From positions 107,132 to 171,131 of the forward strand of contig CAVTMH010000002.1 of NCBI GenBank assembly GCA_963735785.1: DNA of 64,000 nt, read 5' to 3'. Source of the stretch: an uncultured Chloroflexia bacterium. Its GTDB lineage: Bacteria > Chloroflexota > Limnocylindria > Limnocylindrales > CSP1-4. Positions 46,137-56,090 of this stretch are shown here, in pieces (the stretch's first letter is position 1; every line of letters starts with the position of its first letter). A program made the position numbers and the translations under genes. The notes below the pieces were generated by a model. It was not told where the DNA came from and made no database searches. It saw nothing but the letters and a program-made list of their open reading frames with translations.

Positions 46137-47426
46137 TTATGGCTCGGCGAACGCTCGGAAGAGGAAAGCGGTCATCTGACCGCGTGTGACGCTGGACGAC
46201 GGGCAGTATCGGTCGGGGCCGCAGCCCGTCGTGATCCCCGCCTCGAAGAGGCTGTCGATGGCGGCTTCGAACATGGATCCGTCGTCATCCACGAAGTGAT
46301 CAGGCTCGACCGGTGGCGGGAGTGCGAGCGCTCGCACGAGGAACGCCGCCATCTCACCACGTGTCACCGTCCGGCTCGGGCAGTACCGCCGTTCGCCACA
46401 GCCGCCGGTGATGCCGGCCTTGGCCATGCGGTTGATGCTCGCCTCGCCGGTCACACCGTTGTCGTCATCGAAGAAGTTCTGGTTCGTCGGACCCAGGTGC
46501 ATCGCGCGGTCGATGAACAGCGCCATCTGGGCGCGCGTCACCGGATTCCCCGGGCAGAACATGTCCAGGTTGCAGCCGACGGTGATGCCGTTCTCGTAGG
46601 CCCATTCGATGTGGGGCTCGAACGTGTTGCCGGAGTAGTCGGTGATGCAGCCCCGACCCGTGTTGACGACCGTGATCGAGGAGCCGCTGGAGTTGAACCG
46701 GACCCGCGTCCAGCCGCAGTCGCCGGTCTCGTCTGACTCCAGGAACCAGTCATGCGGATCGGGCATCGCGCGGACCGTGTACGTGCCGCCCGGGAGACCG
46801 GTGATGTCGATGAACTGGAACGGGAGGTTCCAGCGATACGTGTCCGCCCACCCCACGGAGATGCCCGTGCGCGAGGTCAACGCCGTCCGCCCACCGCAGC
46901 CGGACTCGCGATACACCGGACCGTTGGGAGATCGCGGGAGGCTCGGGGACCACAGGGTGGTGTCGAAGAAGCAGAACCCGATCTTGCGATCGGCCCGGGT
47001 GGCCCGGCTGGACCACAGGTGATAGACCATCATCTGCTCGACGTGCCAGTGGTTGTGGCCGTCACCCGCGAACCGCAGCGTGGCGTCCGTCGCGACACGG
47101 CGCTCCCCGCCGGCGTCGTCGTCGATGACCTGGCGGACCGTCCACGGTGACGATGCGCTGGGTCGGCGTGCGAGCACCTCGATGGGACCGGCGCCGACAT
47201 TGACCAGGATGCTCGTGAAGCGCAGTAGCCGGCGGCCGCCGGAGTTGACGATCCTGAACTGGGACGGATTGGCGGCGCGCAGGTTCGGCAGCCGATCGTC
47301 GGCAGCCACCGCCGTCGGCGCGACCCACGCCGGGGCCAGGGCGATGAGGGCGAGGGATGCGGCGAACAGGAGGCGTCGAACGGACCCGCGGCCCGTATGG
47401 CGCTTCGTCACCCCGTCACGGTACAC
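46137..47426 (-). CDS. Lysyl oxidase-like (LOX catalytic domain) copper amine oxidase with signal peptide and three C-terminal SLH domains
   Basis: Aligns block by block with the animal LOX catalytic domain. His-rich copper site GDGHNHWHVEQMMVYHL matches WEWHSCHQHYH. KIGFCFFDTT matches KASFCLEDTS. GISVGWADTYRWNLPFQFIDITGLPGGTYTV matches [31 protein letters not shown]. Three SLH repeats follow. Confidence 0.7.
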   Translation of the reverse strand: MYRDGVTKRHTGRGSVRRLLFAASLALIALAPAWVAPTAVAADDRLPNLRAANPSQFRIVNSGGRRLLRFTSILVNVGAGPIEVLARRPSASSPWTVRQVIDDDAGGERRVATDATLRFAGDGHNHWHVEQMMVYHLWSSRATRADRKIGFCFFDTTLWSPSLPRSPNGPVYRESGCGGRTALTSRTGISVGWADTYRWNLPFQFIDITGLPGGTYTVRAMPDPHDWFLESDETGDCGWTRVRFNSSGSSITVVNTGRGCITDYSGNTFEPHIEWAYENGITVGCNLDMFCPGNPVTRAQMALFIDRAMHLGPTNQNFFDDDNGVTGEASINRMAKAGITGGCGERRYCPSRTVTRGEMAAFLVRALALPPPVEPDHFVDDDGSMFEAAIDSLFEAGITTGCGPDRYCPSSSVTRGQMTAFLFRAFAEP

Positions 47427-47483
47427 GGTCGCACAACCCCGGACGCGGCCATTGCAAAGTCCGGCCCGGGTGCGACGTGAACG

Positions 47484-49421
47484 TCAGCCGGTCGGCGCTC
47501 CCTCGCGTTCCACCGCACGCCGAAGGTCTTCCGCGCGGCCGACCTCGCGCCGCCGGTCGTGCTGGGACAACGCGCGCTTGCGCAGCCGGATCGACTGCGG
47601 GGTGACCTCGACCAGCTCGTCGCCGGAGATGAATTCCAGGGCGCTCTCGAGGGTGATGGGTCGGGGCGGGGTCAGCCGCAGCGACTCGTCGTGCGAGTGG
47701 GTCCGGATGTTGGTGAGCTTCTTCTCCTTGGTCGGGTTGACGTCCATGTCACCCGAGCGACTGTTCTCGCCGACGATCATCCCCTCGTAGACCTCGACGC
47801 CGGCGCCGATGAACAGCTCGGCCCGCTGCTCGAGGTTGAACAGGCCGTAAGAATTGCTCGTGCCCGCCCGGTCGCTCACGAGGACCCCGTTCGTGCGGTG
47901 GGTGACGTCACCCGCCCACGGGCCATAGCCCTCGCCGATCTGGTGCAGGAGTGCCGTGCCACGCGTATCGGTCAGGAGCTGCCCGCGATAGCCGATGAGT
48001 CCGCGCACGGGCAGCACGTATTCCATCCGGACACGGCCATCCGTGTCGGTGCTCATCTGCTCGAGGCGACCCTTGCGGCCGGCCATCGCACCCTGGATCT
48101 CGCCGATGTAGTCGGGCGGGATGTCGATCGTGACGCGCTCGTAGGGCTCCTGGACGTTGCCTTCGACGGTCCGCAGGAGGACCTCTGGGCGCGACGCCGT
48201 GAGCTCGAACCCCTCGCGACGCATCTGCTCGATGAGGACCGCGAGCTGGAGCTCCCCGCGCCCGCGCACCTCGAACGCCTCCGCGGTCTCGGCCGGGCGG
48301 ACCTCGATCGAGACGTTGCCGAGGACCTCCTTCTCGAGACGCGCCTTGATCTGGCGGCTCGTGACGTACTTGCCCTCGCGCCCGGCGAGCGGTGAGGTGT
48401 TGACCCCGAACGTCATCCGGAGCGTCGGCGCATCGACGTCCAGGCGCGGCAAGGGTCGTGGGTCGGCCGGATCGGTGAGCGTGTCCCCGATCGTCACTTC
48501 GGGCAGCCCGGCCACGCTCACGATGTCGCCGGGGCCCGCCTCGGTGATGTCGACCCGGTCGATGCCGTGCGCCGTCTGCAGGCTCGTGACGACCCCGCTG
48601 AGCGTGACCGTGCGGCCGGGCTCCACGGTGCCAGCCGTATCGTCGGCCTCCTCGCGGACGACCGTGATCCGCTGGCCCACCCGGATGCGGCCGTTCCAGA
48701 TCCGCCCGACGGCCATCCGCCCCACGTAGTCGTTGGCGCTCAGGTTCGTCACGAGCAGCTGGAGGGGGTGGTCGGGCGTGTAGGTCGGCGCCGGCGTGAC
48801 CTCGACGAGGGTGTCGAACAGCGGCCGCAGGTCCTCGCCGGGCTCGTCGAGCGAGGCCGTCGCCGTGCCCGCCTTCGCGTTCGTGAACAGGACCGGGAAG
48901 TCGATCTGGTCCTCGTCGGCGCCGAGGTCCATGAACAGTTCGTAGACCGCGTCGAGGATCTCGGCGGGACGCGCGTCGGAGCGGTCGATCTTGTTGAGGG
49001 CCACGATCACCGGCAGGCGCCGGGCCATCGCCTTCTGCAGCACGTAGCGGGTCTGCGGCAGCGGCCCCTCGGCCGCGTCGACCAGGAGCAGCACCGAATC
49101 GACCATCAGCAGCGATCGCTCGACCTCGCCGCCGAAATCGGCGTGCCCGGGCGTGTCGACGATGTTGAGGCGGATGTCCGCGTAGTCGATCGTGGTCTGC
49201 TTGGCCAGGATCGTGATGCCCTTCTCGCGCTCGAGGTCGCCCGAATCCATGACCCGGTCGACGACCGCCTGGTTCGATCGGAACGCCCCGGTCTGGCGAA
49301 GCATCGCGTCGACGAGCGTCGTCTTGCCGTGGTCGACGTGCGCGACGATGGCCACGTTGCGGAGGTCGTGGCGACTCGCGAGGGGTTCGGCGGTGGCGGT
49401 CCGGGGGCGGCTGTCGGGCAC
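47484..49421 (-). CDS. typA: Translational GTPase TypA/BipA
   Basis: EF-G-like G domain ([24 protein letters not shown]) plus the BipA-specific C-terminal domain. Confidence 0.9.
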   Translation of the reverse strand: MPDSRPRTATAEPLASRHDLRNVAIVAHVDHGKTTLVDAMLRQTGAFRSNQAVVDRVMDSGDLEREKGITILAKQTTIDYADIRLNIVDTPGHADFGGEVERSLLMVDSVLLLVDAAEGPLPQTRYVLQKAMARRLPVIVALNKIDRSDARPAEILDAVYELFMDLGADEDQIDFPVLFTNAKAGTATASLDEPGEDLRPLFDTLVEVTPAPTYTPDHPLQLLVTNLSANDYVGRMAVGRIWNGRIRVGQRITVVREEADDTAGTVEPGRTVTLSGVVTSLQTAHGIDRVDITEAGPGDIVSVAGLPEVTIGDTLTDPADPRPLPRLDVDAPTLRMTFGVNTSPLAGREGKYVTSRQIKARLEKEVLGNVSIEVRPAETAEAFEVRGRGELQLAVLIEQMRREGFELTASRPEVLLRTVEGNVQEPYERVTIDIPPDYIGEIQGAMAGRKGRLEQMSTDTDGRVRMEYVLPVRGLIGYRGQLLTDTRGTALLHQIGEGYGPWAGDVTHRTNGVLVSDRAGTSNSYGLFNLEQRAELFIGAGVEVYEGMIVGENSRSGDMDVNPTKEKKLTNIRTHSHDESLRLTPPRPITLESALEFISGDELVEVTPQSIRLRKRALSQHDRRREVGRAEDLRRAVEREGAPTG

Positions 49422-49459
49422 GGTCGGGCGGGACTCCGGGGCGTGGTGGGGACGGCCGA

Positions 49460-49485
49460 TTGTCCCACGGAACGCCTGCTAGCAT
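49460..49485 (+). promoter_or_regulatory. Candidate promoter (TTGTCC -35-like, N14, TAGCAT -10-like) for a leaderless or short-leader transcript of the downstream plus-strand gene
   Basis: Seen in sequence. The 14-nt spacer is shorter than canonical, so confidence is low. Confidence 0.15.
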
Positions 49486-49495
49486 CGAGGTCGCC

Positions 49496-50206
49496 ATGAC
49501 CGTCGCCGCCGTGATCCTGTCTGCGACCAGCGATGGCGCGCTTGCCGACACCCTGGGCCAGCCCCGCGTCCGGCGCCTCGTGGACATCGCCTGGTCCGGC
49601 GGGGCGCTGCCGGTCGTCGTCGTCGCCCCTGACGAGAGCGGGGCCGTCCGCGCTGCGCTCGTCGGGAGCGAAGCCGTGTATGGCTCGCCCGCGCCGGTCG
49701 AGGGAGGGGCAGCCGGCCAGATGCTCCGTGGCGCGGAGCTGGCGGTCGACGAGGTCCGGGAGACGAGCGCGATCCTGATCTGGCCCGCCCGGATGACCTG
49801 GGTGGGTCCGGAGACCGTGACCTCTTTGATCGAGGCCCATGGCACGGACGTGGCCACGATGCTCCGACCGGCCTGGGACGGGAGGCCCGGTTGGCCGGTC
49901 CTCATCCCGATCGCGGCGCTCGACGCGCTCCGCAGCGTGCCGGCGGACAGCATGCCGGATGGCGTGGTGGAGGCGGTGACGGCCGTGATCGCGTCGCGTC
50001 TCGTCGAGGTCGGCGATCCCGGTGTCGTGCATGACGCCGAGACCGCTGTCGCCGACCTGCCACCGTACGAGGGCCCGCCGGACCCGCCCGCGGGTCACAC
50101 CCACGAGTGGGGCGACGGGCTCGAGGCGGAAGGGGCCGACGAGGGCGTGCCGGGCGAGGGCCGCGGGCTCGCACCATTCCCGCAGGCCGCGTCGGACGAG
50201 GGCTGA
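49496..50206 (+). CDS. MobA/MocA-like nucleotidyltransferase (NTP_transf_3) domain protein
   Basis: N-terminus MTVAAVILSATSDGALADTLG.. resembles the AVILAAGxSxRMG motif of molybdopterin-guanine/cytosine dinucleotide transferases. GAGG RBS. Its function is consistent with the Moco genes elsewhere in the window. Confidence 0.6.
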   Translation: MTVAAVILSATSDGALADTLGQPRVRRLVDIAWSGGALPVVVVAPDESGAVRAALVGSEAVYGSPAPVEGGAAGQMLRGAELAVDEVRETSAILIWPARMTWVGPETVTSLIEAHGTDVATMLRPAWDGRPGWPVLIPIAALDALRSVPADSMPDGVVEAVTAVIASRLVEVGDPGVVHDAETAVADLPPYEGPPDPPAGHTHEWGDGLEAEGADEGVPGEGRGLAPFPQAASDEG

Positions 50207-50221
50207 CAGCCGGACGGTCAG

Positions 50222-51190
50222 CTACTCGACGGCGGTGGCGACGTCGTCCCGGGCGTTCCGGATGCCATCCCGGATCCTCGCGAGCGGCACCGTGGCGAGC
50301 GCGATCCCGCCGATGACGAGCGCGACGCCGGCGAGCTGCGCGACCGAGGGCCGCTCCCCGAGCAGCACCACGCTCAATCCCACCGTCAGGACCGGCTGGA
50401 CGAGCAGGATGATCGAGGTGACGACCGCTGGGAGCCGCGGCAGTGCGAGCGAGATGCACAGGTAGCCGATCGACTGCGACGTCACCCCCAACAACGCCAG
50501 CCAGCCAAGGCTCGCGAGCGGCGGGGCGAGATCGAGATCGCCGATGACGAGCCCGGCCATCCCCGACACGACAGCCGTGCCGATGGTCGCGATGGCGACC
50601 GGTCCGGCGGGTCGTCGCGAATCGCGGCCACCGATGCGGATCAGCAGGAGGTACGCCGAGTAGCACAACGCCGTCGCGACGCCCAGCGCCACCCCGAGGG
50701 CCGGGTTCGCTCCGTAGGCACCCGATCCGACCACGCCCGAGATCAGCACGACGCCGACCAGCACCACCGGGACGGCGATGAGCGTGGCCCGCGACGGCCG
50801 CTCCCCGAAGACCAGCCACGCGACGACGCCGACGACGAGGACCTGCAGGTTGCCGAGGACCGTCGCGAGCCCGGCGCCCACGTACTCGATGGCGTGGTGC
50901 CAGAACATGAGGTCGCCCGCGAAGAAGATGCCGGCGATGACGGCGAGCCGGCGCGCGCGTCCCGGCAGCGGCCCGTACCGCCGCCGCTCGGCCCAGGCCA
51001 CCAGCACGAGCAGGGGCAGGCCGAACACGGCCCGGAAGAGCGTCCCGGTCGATGGCGAGACGTCGGCGTAGCGGTACAGGATGCCCGAGAAGGCGATGCA
51101 CAGGGCCCCGATCAGGGCGGCCAGACGGGGCCGTCGCGCGATCGCATCGAGCGCCGGGATCCCGAGATCGGCCGCCGCGCCGGCCGTCAG
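50222..51190 (-). CDS. DMT-superfamily (EamA-type) transporter, 10 TM; start codon unresolved
   Basis: Two EamA-like halves. There is no ATG/GTG/TTG in frame near the expected N-terminus. An ATG at 51252 that overlaps the aspS stop (ATGA) opens a 21-codon ORF in the -1 frame ending at 51187. Confidence 0.6.
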   Translation of the reverse strand: MTAGAAADLGIPALDAIARRPRLAALIGALCIAFSGILYRYADVSPSTGTLFRAVFGLPLLVLVAWAERRRYGPLPGRARRLAVIAGIFFAGDLMFWHHAIEYVGAGLATVLGNLQVLVVGVVAWLVFGERPSRATLIAVPVVLVGVVLISGVVGSGAYGANPALGVALGVATALCYSAYLLLIRIGGRDSRRPAGPVAIATIGTAVVSGMAGLVIGDLDLAPPLASLGWLALLGVTSQSIGYLCISLALPRLPAVVTSIILLVQPVLTVGLSVVLLGERPSVAQLAGVALVIGGIALATVPLARIRDGIRNARDDVATAVE

Positions 51191-51248
51191 GCGTCGACCC
51201 TCCCGCGCCCCAGCGACCGCCCGGGGACTCCGCGCTGGAGCACCGGCG

Positions 51249-53111
51249 TCATCCTTCGATCGGCCTCGACGGCAGGCCGACGAAGCGCAGGCCGAGTTCC
51301 TCGAACTGCTCCGGCTCGGGCGCGGACGGCGCCTCCAGCATCGGGTCGCTCCCGGACTGCGTCTTGGGGAACGCCATGACCTCGCGGATGTTGGTCTGGC
51401 CCGAGAGCAGCGCCGCCCAGCGGTCGATGCCGAGCGCGATCCCGCCGTGCGGTGGTGCGCCGTACTCGAACGCGTCGAGCACCGCCCCGAATTTCTCGCG
51501 CATCCCGTCGAGCGTCTGGCCCTGGAGCAGGAAGCTCCGTTCGAGGAGGTCGCGCCGATGGATCCGGACGGACCCGCCGCCGAGCTCCCAGCCGTTGAGG
51601 GCGAGGTCGTACTGGAGGGCCCGCGCACGCCCTGCCGGATCCTCCTGTGAGGGCCGCGCGGGGTCGCCGGACGCGGTGACGAGCAGCTCCTCGTCTTCCG
51701 GGACCACGCCACTGAACGGGTTGTGGGTCGCGTCCCAGCGGCCGAGCTCCTCGTCCCACTTGTACATCGGGAAGCGGTTGACCCAGACATAGGCCAGGAC
51801 ATTCGGGTCGGCGAGCCCCAGGCGTTCGCCCAGCTCGACGCGCAGGCGACCCAGCACATCCGCGGCGACCGCCGACGTGTCGGCGACGATCAGGACGAGG
51901 TCGCCCTCCCCTGCCCCGGTCAGCTCGATGATCGAGCGCTGGCTCTCATCGGAGAGGAATTTCGCGATCGGGCTCTTGATCTCGCCCCCGGGCTCCAGGC
52001 TGAGGTAGGCGAGGCCCTTCGCGCCGAACCGTCGAGCGCGGTCGGTCAGCTCGTCGATCTCGCGGCGGGTCACCCCCGCCATCCCCGGCGCGACGATCGC
52101 CTTGACCCGGCCGCCGCCAGCCAGCGCGTCGTCGAAGACCTTGAAGCCCGAGGGGGGCGTCAGGGCGGGCGCGAGGTCGATGAGCTCCATCCCGAACCGC
52201 AGGTCTGGCTTGTCACTGCCGTATCGCTCGAGCACCTCGTCGTACGTGAAGCGCGGGAACGGGACCTGCTGCAAGGGGCGGTCCGGCGTCGTGGCGCGCG
52301 ACACCTCGATGGCCATCCGCTCGATGAACACCATCACGGACTCCTCGTCGACGAAGCTCATCTCGAGGTCGAGCTGGGTGAACTCCGGCTGGCGGTCGCC
52401 GCGCAGGTCCTCGTCGCGGTAGCACCGCGCGATCTGGAAGTAGCGATCCATGCCCGCGACCATCAGCAGCTGCTTGAGCTGCTGCGGGCTCTGCGGCAGG
52501 GCGTAGACGCTGCCCGGCTGGAGCCGCGACGGGACGATGAAGTCGCGCGCCCCCTCCGGCGTGCTCTTGATGAGCGTCGGGGTCTCCACCTCGACGAATC
52601 CGTTGGCGTGGTGGACCTCGCGGATCGCCTGGACCATCCGGCTGCGCAGCAGCAGGCGCTCGGCCATGGGCTGGCGACGGATGTCGAGGTAGCGATATCT
52701 CAGTCGCAGCCCTTCGTCGACGGGTGCGTCGGGCTCGTTGATGTAGAAGGGCGGGGTCTTCGCCTCCGACAGGATCTCGAACTCGGTCGACTGGAGCTCG
52801 ATCTCACCGGTCGGCAGTCGCGGGTTCTCGGTGCCGGGTTGCCGCTTCGCGACGGTCCCGTGGACGGCGACGACGAACTCGCCGCGGACGCGGCTCGCGA
52901 CGGCATGCGCCTCGGGGGCGTCGGCCTTGTCGACGACCACTTGCGTGATCCCGTGTCGATCACGGAGGTCGAGGAAGATCAACTGCCCGTGGTCGCGCCG
53001 GCGATGGACCCAACCGGCGAGCCGGACCGCGGATCCGGCGTCGTCGGCGCGCAACTGGCCCGCAGTGTGGGTTCGGTAGGGCGTGGCGAGGCTCGGGGTC
53101 GGGTCGGTCAT
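51249..53111 (-). CDS. aspS: Aspartate--tRNA ligase
   Basis: OB-fold anticodon-binding N-domain, class II motifs (FRNE, GGGSIRIH, GLDR). ATG 53111 (MTDPTPSLATPYRTHTAGQLR..). Confidence 0.9.
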   Translation of the reverse strand: MTDPTPSLATPYRTHTAGQLRADDAGSAVRLAGWVHRRRDHGQLIFLDLRDRHGITQVVVDKADAPEAHAVASRVRGEFVVAVHGTVAKRQPGTENPRLPTGEIELQSTEFEILSEAKTPPFYINEPDAPVDEGLRLRYRYLDIRRQPMAERLLLRSRMVQAIREVHHANGFVEVETPTLIKSTPEGARDFIVPSRLQPGSVYALPQSPQQLKQLLMVAGMDRYFQIARCYRDEDLRGDRQPEFTQLDLEMSFVDEESVMVFIERMAIEVSRATTPDRPLQQVPFPRFTYDEVLERYGSDKPDLRFGMELIDLAPALTPPSGFKVFDDALAGGGRVKAIVAPGMAGVTRREIDELTDRARRFGAKGLAYLSLEPGGEIKSPIAKFLSDESQRSIIELTGAGEGDLVLIVADTSAVAADVLGRLRVELGERLGLADPNVLAYVWVNRFPMYKWDEELGRWDATHNPFSGVVPEDEELLVTASGDPARPSQEDPAGRARALQYDLALNGWELGGGSVRIHRRDLLERSFLLQGQTLDGMREKFGAVLDAFEYGAPPHGGIALGIDRWAALLSGQTNIREVMAFPKTQSGSDPMLEAPSAPEPEQFEELGLRFVGLPSRPIEG

Positions 53112-53260
53112 GGCCGCGTCATGGTATGCGTTCCCGTGCTCCGCGCTCTGGCGACGTCCGTGGCGCTTTGCAATGCCGTCGTCAGTGGTGCAACTGTCGG
53201 TAAATCGGCGCTGCAGCCATCGACCCGCCACGATCGGGGTCACCACTCGAGGAGGTACCC

Positions 53261-53344
53261 GTGGGCAAGTTCGTGTTGGGCTTCGTCGTCGCGATCGTCC
53301 TGGTCCTGTTCATCGTCGCACGCTGCGTGGGCGCCATCGTCTGA
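53261..53344 (+). CDS. 27-aa hydrophobic peptide (VGKFVLGFVVAIVLVLFIVARCVGAIV*)
   Basis: GTG preceded by GAGGAGG (53249-53255) at ideal 5-nt spacing. Single TM-like helix. Sits 41 nt upstream of the hydrolase start. Confidence 0.35.
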   Translation: MGKFVLGFVVAIVLVLFIVARCVGAIV

Positions 53345-53385
53345 CCATCCCCGGGTATCGTGGCGGAAACAGATCGGAGGGCCGA

Positions 53386-54213
53386 TTGCCGACGTTCGAC
53401 GGGTCGCAGACCTCCATTCCGTTCCAGCAGACGGGTGCTGGGCCCGACATCGTGTGGGTCGCGGGCGGAGGCGACGCCGGCGATTCCTGGGACGGTTACC
53501 AGATCCCGCACTTTCGGCGGATGTTCCGGAATACGACCTTCACGAACCGGGGTATCTGGCCCGCCGTGTGTACCCAGGCACTGCCATGGACGATCGCCGA
53601 CATGGCACGCGATACCGCCGAGCTGATCGAGGGCGTCTGCAAGCCGCCAGTCGTGGTGGTTGGGCTGTCCATGGGGGCCCTGATCACCCAGCAGTTGGCC
53701 GTCGACTTCCCCGAGCTCGTGCGAGTCGGCATTTCGATGGGGGGCGGAGCCCGTTCGCACGGCTGGATCCGCTACTACATGCAGGCGGAGATCGACTACC
53801 GCGTGTCCGGGGGCGAACTCGATGGCGAGATGGCCGTCGCCCACTACGCCGCGAGCCTGTACCCGGCCCGCGTCCTCGGTGACCCGGTCCTGTGGCCGAG
53901 GATCCGCGATGAGCTCATGGCCTGGATCGTCTCGGGCGTCAACGAGGAATCACTGATCGGCCAATGGGATGCGTGCCAGACCTTCGACCTGACCGAGCGA
54001 CTTCCGACCTGCACGGTCCCGCTGCATGTCTTTGCCTTCTCAGAAGACGTGCAGGCGCCGCCGCAATTCGGCCAGGAGGTCGCCGACCTCTGCCCGACCT
54101 CGACGTTTCACTTGTTCGAAGGCATGGGGCACTGCTCGATCTACGGGCATGAGCACGACCGCTTGAACGAGGAGATCGAAGCCATCGCGCGTCGGTACGC
54201 GGATCCGTCCTGA
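53386..54213 (+). CDS. Alpha/beta-hydrolase fold protein
   Basis: GLSMG nucleophile-elbow (GxSxG) with a later Asp/His. TTG 53386 with GGAGGG RBS; 275 aa. The track start at 53083 was rejected. Confidence 0.65.
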   Translation: MPTFDGSQTSIPFQQTGAGPDIVWVAGGGDAGDSWDGYQIPHFRRMFRNTTFTNRGIWPAVCTQALPWTIADMARDTAELIEGVCKPPVVVVGLSMGALITQQLAVDFPELVRVGISMGGGARSHGWIRYYMQAEIDYRVSGGELDGEMAVAHYAASLYPARVLGDPVLWPRIRDELMAWIVSGVNEESLIGQWDACQTFDLTERLPTCTVPLHVFAFSEDVQAPPQFGQEVADLCPTSTFHLFEGMGHCSIYGHEHDRLNEEIEAIARRYADPS

Positions 54214-54224
54214 CTCGGGCAGGC

Positions 54225-55514
54225 TCACGTGCCGTGACGGTGCGCGGCGTGGGCCCGCGCGATCTCGCGCCCGACATCGACCATCGGAACGACCTTCTGG
54301 GTCCCGGCCGGCAGGTCACGGAGCTGGACATCCCCATCGACGAGCTCGTCGCCGACGATGACCGCGAAGTGGGCGTGCTCCTTGGCCGCCGATTCGAGCT
54401 GCTTGCCGAGCTTTCGTCGTCCGAGCTCCGCCCGCGCCGTCAGTCCGGCACCGCGGAGTTCCGTGGCGACCCGCAGCCGGCTCACGGTGTCGTCAGGATC
54501 CGCACCGACCACGACCACGGTCGGCGGGGCCTCCGCCGCGACGTCGCCGCCCTGCTCATCGAGCGCCAGGAACAGGCGGTCGAGCCCGACCCCGAACCCG
54601 ATGCCCGGCGTCGGGCGTCCACCCAGCAGCTCGACGAGCCCGTCGTATCGGCCGCCCCCACCGAGCGCCTGCTGCTGGCCCTCACGGCCGGAGATGTAGA
54701 ACTCGAACGCGGTGCGGGTGTAGTAGTCGAGGCCTCGAACGAGGCCGGGCTCCGGCCGGTACGGCACCCCGAGGCCATCCAGATGGGCGCGCACGCTCGC
54801 GAAGTGGTCCGCACAGGCATCGCACAGTCGGTCCGTGATATGCGGCGCACCTGCATTGATGGCCGTCATCGCCGGGTCCCTCGAGTCGAGCAGGCGCAGG
54901 ACGTTGCGTTCGAGCCGGTCACGCTCGAGGGACGGCAGCTCGGACGCCTGCCCTCGGTAGTAGTCGGTCAGCGCGTCCACGTAGGCCGGGCGGCACGACG
55001 CGTCGCCGATGGAGTTGACGAGGACCTCGACGCCGGTCAGGCCGGCATCCGCGTAGAACCTCGTCCCGAGCTCGATGATCTCGGCATCCACGGCCGGTCC
55101 AGGGTCGCCGATCGCCTCGACGTCGAACTGCCAGAACTGCCGGTAGCGGCCCGCCTGCGGACGGTCGTAGCGGAACATCGGCCCGATCTCGTACAGCTTC
55201 ACGGGCTGTGGCCACGTCTGGAGCCCGTGCTGGACGTAGGCGCGGACGATCCCGGCGGTCGGCTCGGGGCGGAGCGACCACGATTCCGCCTCGTCGGACC
55301 GGGGCACGATCCGGAACAGCTCCTTCTCGACGATGTCCGTGACCTCACCGACGCCTCGCTCGAAGACCGCCGTCTGCTCGAACATCGGCGTCTCGATGCG
55401 GCCATAGCCGTATCGTGCGGCCAGGTCCGCGGCGAGCCGCTCCAGGCGTGTCCACGCGGCCGTGTCCGGTGGAAGTAGGTCGCGCGTGCCCCGTGGGGCC
55501 TTGAAGCTGGGCAT
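54225..55514 (-). CDS. hisS: Histidine--tRNA ligase
   Basis: N-terminus MPSFKAPRGTRDLLP.., class II motifs and C-terminal anticodon-binding domain. Confidence 0.9.
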   Translation of the reverse strand: MPSFKAPRGTRDLLPPDTAAWTRLERLAADLAARYGYGRIETPMFEQTAVFERGVGEVTDIVEKELFRIVPRSDEAESWSLRPEPTAGIVRAYVQHGLQTWPQPVKLYEIGPMFRYDRPQAGRYRQFWQFDVEAIGDPGPAVDAEIIELGTRFYADAGLTGVEVLVNSIGDASCRPAYVDALTDYYRGQASELPSLERDRLERNVLRLLDSRDPAMTAINAGAPHITDRLCDACADHFASVRAHLDGLGVPYRPEPGLVRGLDYYTRTAFEFYISGREGQQQALGGGGRYDGLVELLGGRPTPGIGFGVGLDRLFLALDEQGGDVAAEAPPTVVVVGADPDDTVSRLRVATELRGAGLTARAELGRRKLGKQLESAAKEHAHFAVIVGDELVDGDVQLRDLPAGTQKVVPMVDVGREIARAHAAHRHGT

Positions 55515-55583
55515 CGATGCGAGTCTAGGGTGTCACGCGGCGATGACGGGGACCGGGTAGCGCGAGCGCGTGGCGCGTCTGGC

Positions 55584-56042
55584 TCAAGGCTCGATCGGTC
55601 TGTCGATGCTCTCCTCGAAGTCACGCTCGATCTCGGCGTCGAGGTCGTGAAAGCCCGAAACCATCCGAACCCGCCCCTTCAGCCGACCGAACTCACGCTT
55701 CGGCGCATCCGTGACGTCATCGACAGCCCCGAGCCAATACATCACGTCGTCGGAGGGGACCCATGTTGCCCAATCGCGGAGTAGGGCCGTCGCCTCGGCG
55801 CCGACGATATCTTGCTGGCTGGGCCCGCTGCTGCCGCCACGGTAGAGGCGAAGCCGACCCTCGCTGAGCAGATCCACCACGATCCGTTCCGCAATCGCTA
55901 GGCGCTCGCTCAGTGCCGCCGACGGGTAGCGGCTGTTGGCGGAATACCAGACTTCGTGGATTCCCAACCAGTCGTCGTGAGCGTCATCGTGGATCGAAGC
56001 CTTGAACTCTTGGTAGTCCGGCGGCAAGGAATCATTGCTCAT
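55584..56042 (-). CDS. Orphan hypothetical protein (152 aa) with atypical, lower-GC composition
   Basis: About 62% GC and A/T-ending codons (AAT, GAT, TTG, CAA) versus ~72% GC and near-exclusive G/C-ending codons in neighbours. No recognisable domain. Confidence 0.55.
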   Translation of the reverse strand: MSNDSLPPDYQEFKASIHDDAHDDWLGIHEVWYSANSRYPSAALSERLAIAERIVVDLLSEGRLRLYRGGSSGPSQQDIVGAEATALLRDWATWVPSDDVMYWLGAVDDVTDAPKREFGRLKGRVRMVSGFHDLDAEIERDFEESIDRPIEP

Positions 56043-56090
56043 CGTGCACGAACCATCTCACACAGAAAGGCGCGGGCGGCATTATTGCGA

